Shown here one piece after another: positions 1-8,686 of a stretch of DNA of 54,629 nucleotides. The DNA lies in contig CAZFVA010000009.1 in NCBI GenBank assembly GCA_964522105.1, positions 33,308 to 87,936 on the forward strand. Direction: 5' to 3'. This stretch comes from an uncultured Anaeromyxobacteraceae bacterium (GTDB taxonomy: Bacteria > Myxococcota_A > UBA9042 > DTJE01). The number at the start of each line of letters is the position of its first letter. Positions within the stretch are counted from its first letter, which is position 1. A program made the position numbers and the translations under genes. The notes under the pieces were generated by a model. That model ran no database searches, had not been told where the DNA came from, and worked only from the letters and a program-made list of their open reading frames with translations.

Positions 1-1347
1 CGGCCGGAAGCCCTCGCGGAACTTCACTGTGGCGTTCAGGCGGTCTTTCATGGCAGCCGGGCGCGGGTCCGAAAGTGTGCTGCGGTTGCCAAGCGCGCGC
101 GGTCCGAATTCGGCGCGGCCCTGGAACACACTGCCGATGTAGCCTTTTGCCAGAAGCTGACCTGCCGTTTCCCAGGCGTCGGCCGGAGTCAGGTACTCAA
201 TACTGCCTTTTTCAAGCGTATCAAGGACTTCGTCCATGTTTGACTGCGGTCCGAGGTATTCAAGCAGCATCTCGGCGCGGTCGCGCGGACGGCCCTCGAT
301 GCAGTGGTTTACGTACAGCGCGGCACCAAGGCTGGTCCCGGCATCGCCGGACGCAGGCTGGAAAAAGTAGTCTTCAAAGATGTCTTCGCGCAGCAGGCGG
401 CCGTTTGCAGAACAGTTCAGCGTTACGCCGCCCGACATGCACAGGACTTTCATCCCGGTTTTTGCCTTTGCAAGGCGCGCCAGGTGGATGATTGCTTCTT
501 CCAGCATGGCCTGCAGGCTGGCAGCGATGTCTTCGTCGCGGGTCGTGATGGCCGACTCTGCCTTGCGAGGTTCGCCGAACAAGGTTACGAACTTTTCACT
601 GTATCTGGTCGGTCTTTCCGCAAAGAAGCTGAACCACGTCAGGTCCAGCTCGTAGCCGTCGTCGGTCAGGCGACAAATCTTTCTGAATTCATCAAGATAT
701 CTTGGGGTTCCGTAGGAAGCCAGGCCCATGACCTTGCCTTCGCCCGAGTTGGCCTTGAAGCCAAGAAACTGGGTGACGGCGGCGTACATCGCGCCAAGCG
801 AGTGCGGGAATTCGCGCGACCAGACGCGCTTGATTTCGGTTGTGCCGCCGACCTTGCGGCCGGTCCAGATTGTCGTCGCGTCGCGTTCGCCGTAGCCGTC
901 AACGGTCAGGATGGCTGCTTCAAGGTGCGGTGACGTAAACAGGGCCCCGGCGGCGTGCGCCAGATGGTGTGTAACGTAGTAAACCTTGAATTTCTTTCCG
1001 GTATCCAGGTGGAAAACCTGCTCCATGACGTCGGGCACGCGGCCGACCTTCGGAAGCAGGAAATTCGGTACGTCGTAAAGAAATTCCATGTGATGTCGGG
1101 GTGTTGACGACATGCGCCAGTTCGGGGTCTGGGCGTGAATCGCCGGGTTCCAGAAGAAAGCGACAGAATCGACGTCGGCCAGTTTCGTTTTGCCCGACGC
1201 CAGACATGCGGAAATTGCCTGTTCCGGAAAGCCCGAAAAGTGCTTTTCGCGGCGGAAGCGCTCTTCCTGAACGGCCATCGTTATGCGGTCATCGACCAGC
1301 ATTGATGCGGCCGAGTCGTTACTGAAGTTAATACCCAGAATCTTCAT
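1..1347 (-). CDS. NodU/CmcH-family carbamoyltransferase, 3' end cut by the window edge (absent from ORF track)
   Basis: Manual translation of both ends of the minus-strand frame starting at ATG 1347. N-terminus reads MKILGINFSNDSAASMLVDDRITMAVQEERFRREKHFSGFP; the same frame near the edge reads EFGPRALGNRS and DRLNATVKFREGFRP, which are family hallmark motifs. Confidence 0.93.
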   Translation of the reverse strand, partial: MKILGINFSNDSAASMLVDDRITMAVQEERFRREKHFSGFPEQAISACLASGKTKLADVDSVAFFWNPAIHAQTPNWRMSSTPRHHMEFLYDVPNFLLPKVGRVPDVMEQVFHLDTGKKFKVYYVTHHLAHAAGALFTSPHLEAAILTVDGYGERDATTIWTGRKVGGTTEIKRVWSREFPHSLGAMYAAVTQFLGFKANSGEGKVMGLASYGTPRYLDEFRKICRLTDDGYELDLTWFSFFAERPTRYSEKFVTLFGEPRKAESAITTRDEDIAASLQAMLEEAIIHLARLAKAKTGMKVLCMSGGVTLNCSANGRLLREDIFEDYFFQPASGDAGTSLGAALYVNHCIEGRPRDRAEMLLEYLGPQSNMDEVLDTLEKGSIEYLTPADAWETAGQLLAKGYIGSVFQGRAEFGPRALGNRSTLSDPRPAAMKDRLNATVKFREGFRP

Positions 1348-1448
1348 TGGTGTTTCCCCTGTCCCCTTAAACCCGGCCCCGGTCGAATCCCCCGGCTGGT
1401 AATTCTAGCAGGTTGTGCGCGGATGGTGGAACAGACGAATTTTCACAG

Positions 1449-1704
1449 TCCGCCGGGCCATCCCGCCGTGTGTTCAGGAACGCGCCGAAGCCCGCCGCGC
1501 TGGCCATCTTCAGGTCCTCAATATAGAAGGCAGGGCCGCGACCAGGCGCGAGGGGGAGTTCGTACCCGGGACACTCCGGAGGCGGGCGACACCTTGCGGG
1601 GCACTAATGACCGTCGCCCGCCGAGGTAGTAGCGCGGACATGGGGCAGAGCCCCGTGGCCGACGCGCGTCCCGGGACGACTCACCGGAGCGCCCAGCGGC
1701 CCGG
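1449..1704. ncRNA. Candidate structured non-coding RNA or cis-regulatory RNA, family unassigned
   Basis: About 72% GC by hand count (1451-1700). Helices: GGCGGGCGAC 1581-1590 with GTCGCCCGCC 1613-1622; CCCGGGAC 1565-1572 with GTCCCGGG 1668-1675; CGCGCC 1481-1486 with GGCGCG 1545-1550; CCGGGCC 1453-1459 with GGCCCGG 1698-1704. No credible ORF. Confidence 0.5.
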
Positions 1705-1723
1705 GTATTCACTCAAACTATGA

Positions 1724-3430
1724 TTAGGGGTGCAGCAGGCCGACGCGGCGGGCGAGGTCGATTTCCCTGTATTTCAGCAGCTCCATTCTGGCCAGCTCGA
1801 CTGGTGTGTGGGTATTGTCGTCAGGTAAAGGGGCCATTCGCAGGGTAGTTTTGGCCGATGTTATGTCGCCGGATCTGGCCTGAGCGACGGCCAGCAAAGC
1901 GTGCCCGATGGCCAGTGACGGCGACATTTCAATAACGGTTTTAAAAGGTTCAATCGCCTTGTGCGGCGTCTTTTTTTCCAGGTACAGCCTTCCAAGCCCG
2001 AGATTCGCCGAAATCGACGTCGGGAAGTCCCGCACAGTCACGGTCAGCATCGACTCGCTTGATTTCCACTGGTTGGAGCGGATCGCGGTCAACCCGGCGA
2101 AAGCCAGAACCATGATCGCCACCAGAATCATGCCGGGCTTAGCCAGTCTGTGGTCAGCAGGTATGGCAAAAGCTGCGCCGACTGCCGCCATAATCAGGCC
2201 GACAACGGGAACGTACATAAACCGGTCACCGGCGGCGTCAAAGAACGGGATGATGTGCGACACGGGAAGCAGAGCGACCAGAAAAAATGCCAGACCGCCT
2301 GACATCAGCGGGTACTTCTTCATGGTGCCGAACATCGCTGCCACAATCAGGGCAAGCAGCAGGAAGCCTGCGGCGATGTCGGGTTCAAGGATTGAACGCG
2401 GAACCCCGAGGATTCCCCAGTCATAGAACGGACACAGCGGCCATGGGGCAATCGCAAGACGAATGTACAGATAGAAGATCCTGCCGAACATCAGTACCGA
2501 CTGCCCGACCGTAAGTCCTTCAAAGTACGTGTAAACGCCTTCGCCGGTAAACTGCGAGCGCAGTACCAGCCAGACAATCCCGACAACGCCAAGCGGCAGA
2601 TATACCGACATGATGCGGTGCAGCGAGCTTTTTGGCGATTTCCAGGCCAGCCGTCCGCCCAGCAGGTCCATTACAAATAGAAGTCCCGGAATAACCAGCG
2701 TAATTTCTTTGGAAAGAAGTCCGGCAGCGAAACAGATCATGGCACCGACAATCGCCAGAAATCCTGAATGCTCTGCAACCAGTGGCCCGGCTCCGGTCGC
2801 GCCCCCGGCCTGACCCACGTCCGTCCTGCGTCCCGGCGTCAGCAACAGCAGCGTCGCAAACGTAAACAGCCCCGACAGCAGCGTTGTCCGGTACGAAACC
2901 AGATTAACTGCCTCGGTCGAAACGGGGTGAACCGCCCAAAGCAGAGCCCCGACAAATGCTCCAATCAGCACCCGTCGCTGCGTCAGTCCGCCTGCCGCGC
3001 CGCCAGGCCCCGCACCCGCAGTGCCCGCGAAAACGCGCAGCAGCCACAGAAACAACAGGCACGCCGCCACCAGATGAATTGCAAGATTTGTGGTGTGAAA
3101 AACCAGTTTGTCTGCGCCACCGATGGCCCAGTCAAGCGTCATCGAAGTCAGCGCCATCGGCCTGAAGTACGGCTTGTTCTGAGCCTTGCCAAGCTCATAG
3201 TCAACGTCCCCGGCCCACGACTGCACAAAGAACCCCGGTATGCTTGAAAGCTTCGTGATCGGCGGATTTTTCAGGACAAGATACTCGTCATCCCACGCGA
3301 ATTCGTTGAAGAACACCGGCAGGTACGCGGCGGTTGCTGCTGCAACAATTATCAGGCATCCCAGGACTTTTTGTCTGATCCCTGCCATTGGCTGTTGATT
3401 CTCCGTAGTCTGCGACGCGCCTTCAACCAT
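1724..3430 (-). CDS. TMTC-like (DUF1736) GT-C membrane glycosyltransferase with C-terminal TPRs
   Basis: WDDEYLVLKNP, YFRP, HPVSTEAVN..SYR, LSKE and DRFMYVP motifs, many hydrophobic helices, then TPR-like repeats. The start may be the ATG of MAGIRQK (~3388). Confidence 0.8.
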   Translation of the reverse strand: MVEGASQTTENQQPMAGIRQKVLGCLIIVAAATAAYLPVFFNEFAWDDEYLVLKNPPITKLSSIPGFFVQSWAGDVDYELGKAQNKPYFRPMALTSMTLDWAIGGADKLVFHTTNLAIHLVAACLLFLWLLRVFAGTAGAGPGGAAGGLTQRRVLIGAFVGALLWAVHPVSTEAVNLVSYRTTLLSGLFTFATLLLLTPGRRTDVGQAGGATGAGPLVAEHSGFLAIVGAMICFAAGLLSKEITLVIPGLLFVMDLLGGRLAWKSPKSSLHRIMSVYLPLGVVGIVWLVLRSQFTGEGVYTYFEGLTVGQSVLMFGRIFYLYIRLAIAPWPLCPFYDWGILGVPRSILEPDIAAGFLLLALIVAAMFGTMKKYPLMSGGLAFFLVALLPVSHIIPFFDAAGDRFMYVPVVGLIMAAVGAAFAIPADHRLAKPGMILVAIMVLAFAGLTAIRSNQWKSSESMLTVTVRDFPTSISANLGLGRLYLEKKTPHKAIEPFKTVIEMSPSLAIGHALLAVAQARSGDITSAKTTLRMAPLPDDNTHTPVELARMELLKYREIDLARRVGLLHP

Positions 3431-4098
3431 TTAATCTTATTGCTGATCCGCAATACTATCCATTCGCGATACTTGCGATTCCACGGTCTGCGGAAGAACA
3501 GCCATGCGCCAATCATACCGCCGCCATGAACGGCGAACGCGATCGGCACGTCCAGAACGTACATCACGGCATCGACCGCTATAGCTGCCCAGACGATGTT
3601 TTTTGCCTTCAGGGGCGCGACCATCATCACGCGCAGCTCGACCTCGGGAAACACGAACCCGAATCCGACCACAATGCCCATGATGGCGCCGGACGCGCCA
3701 ATCGCCGGGGTCGTCGGGTCGCCGACCACCCACTGCCACAGGCAGAACAGCACAGATCCGCACACTGTTGAAATCAGATAAAGCCAGTAAAAACGGCGTG
3801 TTCCAATTACCTTTTCAAGCCATGGTCCGATGCTGGCCAGCGCAATCATGTTGAAGACGATGTGCATGATGCTGTTGATATCATGCAGAAACGCCATCGT
3901 CAGGATTGTCCAGGGCTTCAGAATAACGGTGGCAGGAATCAGTGCGCCGTTCTGCAGAACAAGCTGGGCGGCGTAAGGGAAGCGGTAAACAAGAATCAGG
4001 ACAAGGACATGCACCGCAACGCATATGGCAATGATGGTTCCGACAGCCTGTGTGGGCACCGGAAACCACCGCCGCAGACCCGAGTAAGCGCGGCGCAA
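3352..4098 (-). CDS. Rhomboid-family intramembrane serine protease
   Basis: PWTILT.AFLH, HIVFNM, catalytic GASG and H-GG (AVHGGG) motifs; about 6 TM segments. Confidence 0.92.
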   Translation of the reverse strand: MRRAYSGLRRWFPVPTQAVGTIIAICVAVHVLVLILVYRFPYAAQLVLQNGALIPATVILKPWTILTMAFLHDINSIMHIVFNMIALASIGPWLEKVIGTRRFYWLYLISTVCGSVLFCLWQWVVGDPTTPAIGASGAIMGIVVGFGFVFPEVELRVMMVAPLKAKNIVWAAIAVDAVMYVLDVPIAFAVHGGGMIGAWLFFRRPWNRKYREWIVLRISNKIKWLKARRRLRRINSQWQGSDKKSWDA

Positions 4099-4128
4099 TG
4101 TAATTCTCCTGAAGTGCTGAAGTTGAAA

Positions 4129-4647
4129 CTACTTGCCGGAGCCTGCATCAAAAAGCTGGATAACGCGGTCGGTCAGGTCAACTTTGTCGGAAACGAACAG
4201 ACCGGCGGTTGAATGAAGAATCGCCGTGTAGCTTTCGTCCTTGCCGATCTTCAGAATAATCTTTTCAAAACGGGTCAGAAGCGGCGTCGTCAGTTCCTGC
4301 TCGCGTTCAGCCAGTTCTTTCTGGTTGGCAGCGTAGAATTCCTGAAGCTCAAGGCCCTTCTTCTGGTATTCCTGAAGCTTGGTGCGCTTCATGTCGTCAT
4401 TCCACATTGTGCCCTGGGTCTTCATGTTGTCTTCAAGCTTTTTCAGTTCGTCCTGCTTCGTATTCAGTTCCTTCTGCTTGCGCGTAGTCTGGTCCTGAAG
4501 CTTTTTCAGAACGGCTTTGCCTTCTTTGGACTCGGCAACGGCGCGCTGAATATTCACGAACCCAAACTTCTGCTGGGCAAGAGCGGGGAACGACAGAATC
4601 ATAACGCCAGCAAGAACGCCAATAGTGCACAGTCTGCGGAAATTCAT
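4129..4647 (-). CDS. skp: OmpH/Skp periplasmic chaperone
   Basis: Signal peptide, then KFGFVNIQRAV, a long coiled coil and a C-terminal DLTDRVI motif. Start re-called at ATG 4647, which has a GGAGG RBS. Confidence 0.88.
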   Translation of the reverse strand: MNFRRLCTIGVLAGVMILSFPALAQQKFGFVNIQRAVAESKEGKAVLKKLQDQTTRKQKELNTKQDELKKLEDNMKTQGTMWNDDMKRTKLQEYQKKGLELQEFYAANQKELAEREQELTTPLLTRFEKIILKIGKDESYTAILHSTAGLFVSDKVDLTDRVIQLFDAGSGK

Positions 4648-4915
4648 CCGGGTACCTCCAGTTTTGTCATCAGGAGCCTGAAACATCATTAACAGCTTCG
4701 GGCATCGTAGCGCCGCAATATTCTGATAATCGAACACGCAAGTCAACCACGATACAACCAACGCACCTGCTGAATAATTATTCCCGGACCGCAAATCCTG
4801 TCCAAATCTTCCTTGACGCTATTGCCCCGAAAGGACGCCTGCGTTACCCTTTCGAGACTTTCCGGATGACTAAGCCGGTCGGGATTTCCCGGCCCGATTA
4901 CTGGCGGTATCGGCC

Positions 4916-5764
4916 ATGCGTAAGTTGACGGCGTTGTCTTTCAAGGCCCTGAAAGGAAAAGAAAAGTTGGTCGTGATGACCTGCTATGATGCTTCCTTTG
5001 CAAGGCTGGTGTGTGCCGGAAGTGTTGACGCGATTCTTGTTGGCGATTCGCTTGGTAACGTGATTCAGGGTCGCGACAGCACCCTTGAAGTTACCCTTGA
5101 TGACGTCATTTATCACACGCGTTGTGTTCGGCGTGGCGCCGGTCCTGATATGCACATTATTGCCGACATGCCGTTCATGACTTTCCAGATTTCATCGGAA
5201 GAGGCGCTTCGGAACGCCGGCCGGTTGATTTCTGAAGGTCGCGCCAATGCTGTGAAGCTTGAAGGCGGCGTGCGGTCGGCCGATGCCATATCCAGAATTG
5301 TTGGTGCCGGGATTCCCGTCATGGGTCACGTCGGTCTGACCCCGCAGTCAGTCAACGAATTCGGCGGTTACAAGGTACAGGGACGCGATGTCGGTGCCGC
5401 AGCCACGATAATGGCGGACGCCATTGCTGTCGCTGAAGCCGGTGCGTACTCGCTTGTTCTTGAAGGGATTCCGGCAGATCTGGCCGCAGAAATTACGGCA
5501 GCAGTCAATATTCCAACAATCGGTATCGGGGCTTCGGCCAACTGCGACGGGCAGGTGCTGGTGCTTTATGATCTTCTGGGCATGGACCCGGATTTCAATC
5601 CGAAATTTCTGAAGAAATATGACAACTTCGCTGACAGGGTCGTCAGCGCCGTGGCCGCGTTCGGGGATGAAGTCAGAAAAGGGGACTATCCCGGACCGCA
5701 ACACTCGTTCACAGGCGGCGCACTTTATTCCACGGGCCAGTCCGCTGGAAACGGTGGGGATTGA
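4916..5764 (+). CDS. panB: 3-methyl-2-oxobutanoate hydroxymethyltransferase
   Basis: TCYD, ILVGDSLG, ADMPF, AVKLEGG, GHVGLTPQS and DGQVLV motifs. Confidence 0.98.
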   Translation: MRKLTALSFKALKGKEKLVVMTCYDASFARLVCAGSVDAILVGDSLGNVIQGRDSTLEVTLDDVIYHTRCVRRGAGPDMHIIADMPFMTFQISSEEALRNAGRLISEGRANAVKLEGGVRSADAISRIVGAGIPVMGHVGLTPQSVNEFGGYKVQGRDVGAAATIMADAIAVAEAGAYSLVLEGIPADLAAEITAAVNIPTIGIGASANCDGQVLVLYDLLGMDPDFNPKFLKKYDNFADRVVSAVAAFGDEVRKGDYPGPQHSFTGGALYSTGQSAGNGGD

Positions 5765-6636
5765 TGGTTGTAGAAGACATAGCCGTTGCCGAAACGGTGG
5801 CAGCCATGAAGAACCTGGTCCGCGACTGGCGGCATCAGGGGCTGACCGTTTCGCTTGTTCCGACGATGGGTGCTCTTCATCAGGGCCATCTTGATCTGGT
5901 TCGACGTGCCCGCCTTGATTCCGACCGTGTCGTCGTCAGTATTTTTGTAAATCCAGCCCAGTTCGGCCCCAACGAAGATTTCAGCAGGTATCCGCGCGAT
6001 CTGGATGGCGATCTTGCCAGTCTGGCTTCGGTTGGCGTTGATGCCGTTTTCTTTCCGACCCCGGCGTTGATGTATCCCGAAGGTTTTCAGACGGCCGTTG
6101 AACTTACGAAGCTGCCGCGCCACCTGTGCGGGCTGACGCGCCAGAACCATTTTGCCGGCGTCGCCCTTGTCGTTTTGAAGCTGTTTAACATCTGTGACCC
6201 CGATTTTGCCGTGTTCGGCCTTAAAGATTTTCAACAGGTTCGCGTGATCGAGCAGATGGTGGCCGACCTGAATCTTGATGTGAAGATTGTCCGTTATCCG
6301 ACCGTCCGCGAGCCTGACGGCCTGGCAATGTCTTCCAGAAACGCTTACTTGACGCCGCGTCAGCGTACAGATGCCCTGGTTATTGTCAGGACGCTTGAAG
6401 CGGTGGCGGGCCAGATTGAATCCGGCGCAACCGACGTCAAGGCCCTGATTGACATGGCTGTGGCGGCGATGACAGCCGGTGGCGGTGAAGTCGAATATTT
6501 CAGAATCTGCAGTCCGGTCACTCTTGATGATGCCGACCGTATCGTTGGTGAAATGCTGCTGGTGACTGCCGTCAAGTTCGGCACCACCCGGCTTATTGAT
6601 AATCGCCTTGTGATGGCGGGCGATGTGAGGTCTTAG
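5761..6636 (+). CDS. panC: Pantoate--beta-alanine ligase
   Basis: VPTMGALHQGH, SIFVNPAQF, FGLKDFQQ, REPDGLAMSSRN and RLIDN motifs; overlaps the panB stop. Confidence 0.98.
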   Translation: MMVVEDIAVAETVAAMKNLVRDWRHQGLTVSLVPTMGALHQGHLDLVRRARLDSDRVVVSIFVNPAQFGPNEDFSRYPRDLDGDLASLASVGVDAVFFPTPALMYPEGFQTAVELTKLPRHLCGLTRQNHFAGVALVVLKLFNICDPDFAVFGLKDFQQVRVIEQMVADLNLDVKIVRYPTVREPDGLAMSSRNAYLTPRQRTDALVIVRTLEAVAGQIESGATDVKALIDMAVAAMTAGGGEVEYFRICSPVTLDDADRIVGEMLLVTAVKFGTTRLIDNRLVMAGDVRS

Positions 6637-6637
6637 A

Positions 6638-8686
6638 ATGCTTCCCGGTAAGACGGTTGACCCTGTGTCCATGGACCCTGAATTCAGAACAAAATGCGTC
6701 AACACGGTCAAAATGCTTGCGGTTGACGCCGTTGAAGCGGCCCGTTCCGGCCATCCCGGTGCCTGCATGGGTGCTGCGGACATCGCCTTTGTGCTGTGGA
6801 GCGGCTTTCTGCGCTTTGACCCGACCAACCCGACATGGAAGGACCGCGACCGGTTCATTCTTTCTTTCGGTCACGCGTCGATGCTTCAATATTCAATGAT
6901 GCACCTTACCGGATACGGGCTTTCCCTTGATGAAATCAGGAACTTCCGTCAGTTGGGCAGCAGGGCGGCAGGGCACCCCGAATATGAATTGCTGCCCGGG
7001 GTTGAAGTCACGACCGGCCCGCTTGGCCAGGGATTTGCCAACGGCGTCGGGATGGCGCTGGCCACAAAGATGCTTGCTGCGCGGGTCAACACGGCCGACG
7101 ATTGTCCTGTCGGTTCAAGAACGTTTGTAATGTGCAGTGACGGCGATCTGATGGAAGGCATCAGCTTCGAGGCCGCCTCGATTGCCGGGCACCTCGGCCT
7201 TGGTAACTTGATCTGCCTGTACGATTCAAACCGCATAACTATTGAAGGTTCAACCGATCTGGCGTTTACCGAAGATATCAGCGGTCGCTTCATCGCATCG
7301 GGCTGGCACGTTCAGAAGGTCTGCGGGCATGACCATGCAGCCATCAGCAACGCGATCAGCGCTGCCGTGGCCGTGATCGACAAGCCCAGCATGATTATCT
7401 GCGAAACCGTTATAGGTCGCGGTGCCGCCACGATGGAAGGCTCGAACGAGACCCACGGTGCGCCGCTCGGTCAGACTGAAGTTCAGGCGACGAAGGCCGC
7501 GATGGGCTGGCCGCAGGAGCCGAAGTTCCTGATTCCAGAAGACGTAAAAGCGTTTTTCCACAGCGTCGGTGCCGACGGTACAAGACTTTCAAACGACTGG
7601 GAAAATTGTTTCCAGCAGTGGCGCACGGCCAACCCTGAAAAGGCGTCTTTGTGGGATGCGTGCTATGACGATGCCCCGATCGATGCCGCCACGATTGACA
7701 GGATTCTTGCCGCTGCGATGACGGCGGAAGGTAAGGCCTCGCGAGTGATGTTCGGCAGTGCACTGCAGGAAGCGTTCAAATCTGTACCCAATTTGATTGG
7801 CGGTTCGGCCGACCTGGGGCCTTCCAACAACACAGTAATAAAGAATGGCGGGAACGTCGGCAGGGCCAGTTTTGAAGGCGCAAACCTTCATTTCGGTATC
7901 CGTGAGCACGCGATGGCCGCCATCACGAACGGCATTGTGCTGCACGGTGCTTTCAGGCCATTCTGCGCGACTTTCCTGATCTTTTCTGACTATCTGAAGC
8001 CTGCCGCAAGAATGGCTTCGCTGATGCGGATTCCGTCAACGTTCGTGTTTTCGCACGACAGCTTCAGAGTTGGCGAAGACGGCCCGACACACCAGCCGAT
8101 CGAGCAGCTTTCCATGTTGCGTGCCATCCCCGATTTCACTGTCCTGCGCCCGGCCGATCCGGTCGAAATGGCCGGTTGCTGGTCATTTATCCTTGACCGC
8201 AGGCGTGGACCGGTCGCTATTGCGACGACCAGACAGAACATTCCGAAGTTTGCCAGACCTGGCGACATCGGCCCTGACTGCGTCAAAAAGGGTGGCTATA
8301 TCTTCCGCGAAGCGCCGGGCGGCAAGCCGGATCTTGTAATTGCTGCAAGCGGTTCCGAACTTCAAATCTGTTTCGAGGCGATTGCAGCCATCGAAGCGAC
8401 CGGCCGTAAAGTCAGGCTCGTTTCAATGCCGTCGATGGATCTGTTCAAGCGTCAGTCGCCTGAATATCGGCGCGAAGTCCTTGGCGAAGGCGTTCCGCTG
8501 GTCGGTGTCGAGGCCGGAGCAACGGATACGTGGGCGCCGCTGCTGGCCGGTCGTGGATTTGCTATTGGTATCGACCACTTCGGCCAATCAGCCCCGGCTG
8601 AAGTTCTGGCCGTTAAGTATGGTTTTACCCCTGAAACGGTTGCCGCAAGGATTATTACTGAATTGGGTCTTCAGGGTTTACAGTGA
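6638..8686 (+). CDS. tkt: Transketolase
   Basis: SGHPG, DRDRFILS.GH, TTGPLGQG, SDGDLMEG, FGIREHAM and GEDGPTHQP motifs. Confidence 0.98.
   Translation: MLPGKTVDPVSMDPEFRTKCVNTVKMLAVDAVEAARSGHPGACMGAADIAFVLWSGFLRFDPTNPTWKDRDRFILSFGHASMLQYSMMHLTGYGLSLDEIRNFRQLGSRAAGHPEYELLPGVEVTTGPLGQGFANGVGMALATKMLAARVNTADDCPVGSRTFVMCSDGDLMEGISFEAASIAGHLGLGNLICLYDSNRITIEGSTDLAFTEDISGRFIASGWHVQKVCGHDHAAISNAISAAVAVIDKPSMIICETVIGRGAATMEGSNETHGAPLGQTEVQATKAAMGWPQEPKFLIPEDVKAFFHSVGADGTRLSNDWENCFQQWRTANPEKASLWDACYDDAPIDAATIDRILAAAMTAEGKASRVMFGSALQEAFKSVPNLIGGSADLGPSNNTVIKNGGNVGRASFEGANLHFGIREHAMAAITNGIVLHGAFRPFCATFLIFSDYLKPAARMASLMRIPSTFVFSHDSFRVGEDGPTHQPIEQLSMLRAIPDFTVLRPADPVEMAGCWSFILDRRRGPVAIATTRQNIPKFARPGDIGPDCVKKGGYIFREAPGGKPDLVIAASGSELQICFEAIAAIEATGRKVRLVSMPSMDLFKRQSPEYRREVLGEGVPLVGVEAGATDTWAPLLAGRGFAIGIDHFGQSAPAEVLAVKYGFTPETVAARIITELGLQGLQ

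Noticed and set aside
75-1325. ORF-track calls in this span (e.g. 304..933 +)
   Set aside because: Shadows of the minus-strand carbamoyltransferase, which carries clear family motifs.
1370-1400. GGTCGAATCCCC resembling a tRNA T-arm
   Set aside because: No cloverleaf, and the TTCG consensus is not met.
1508-1537. TCAGGTCC...GAAGGCAG resembling SRP RNA helix 8
   Set aside because: Lacks the GNRA tetraloop and AGCAG symmetric loop. RNase P (GAGGAAAGTCC) and tmRNA termini were also not found.
4648-4794. N-terminal extension of the Skp ORF
   Set aside because: The GGAGG RBS and signal peptide point to ATG 4647.
5725-6858. 377-aa minus-strand ORF
   Set aside because: Antisense to panC/tkt; no motifs.
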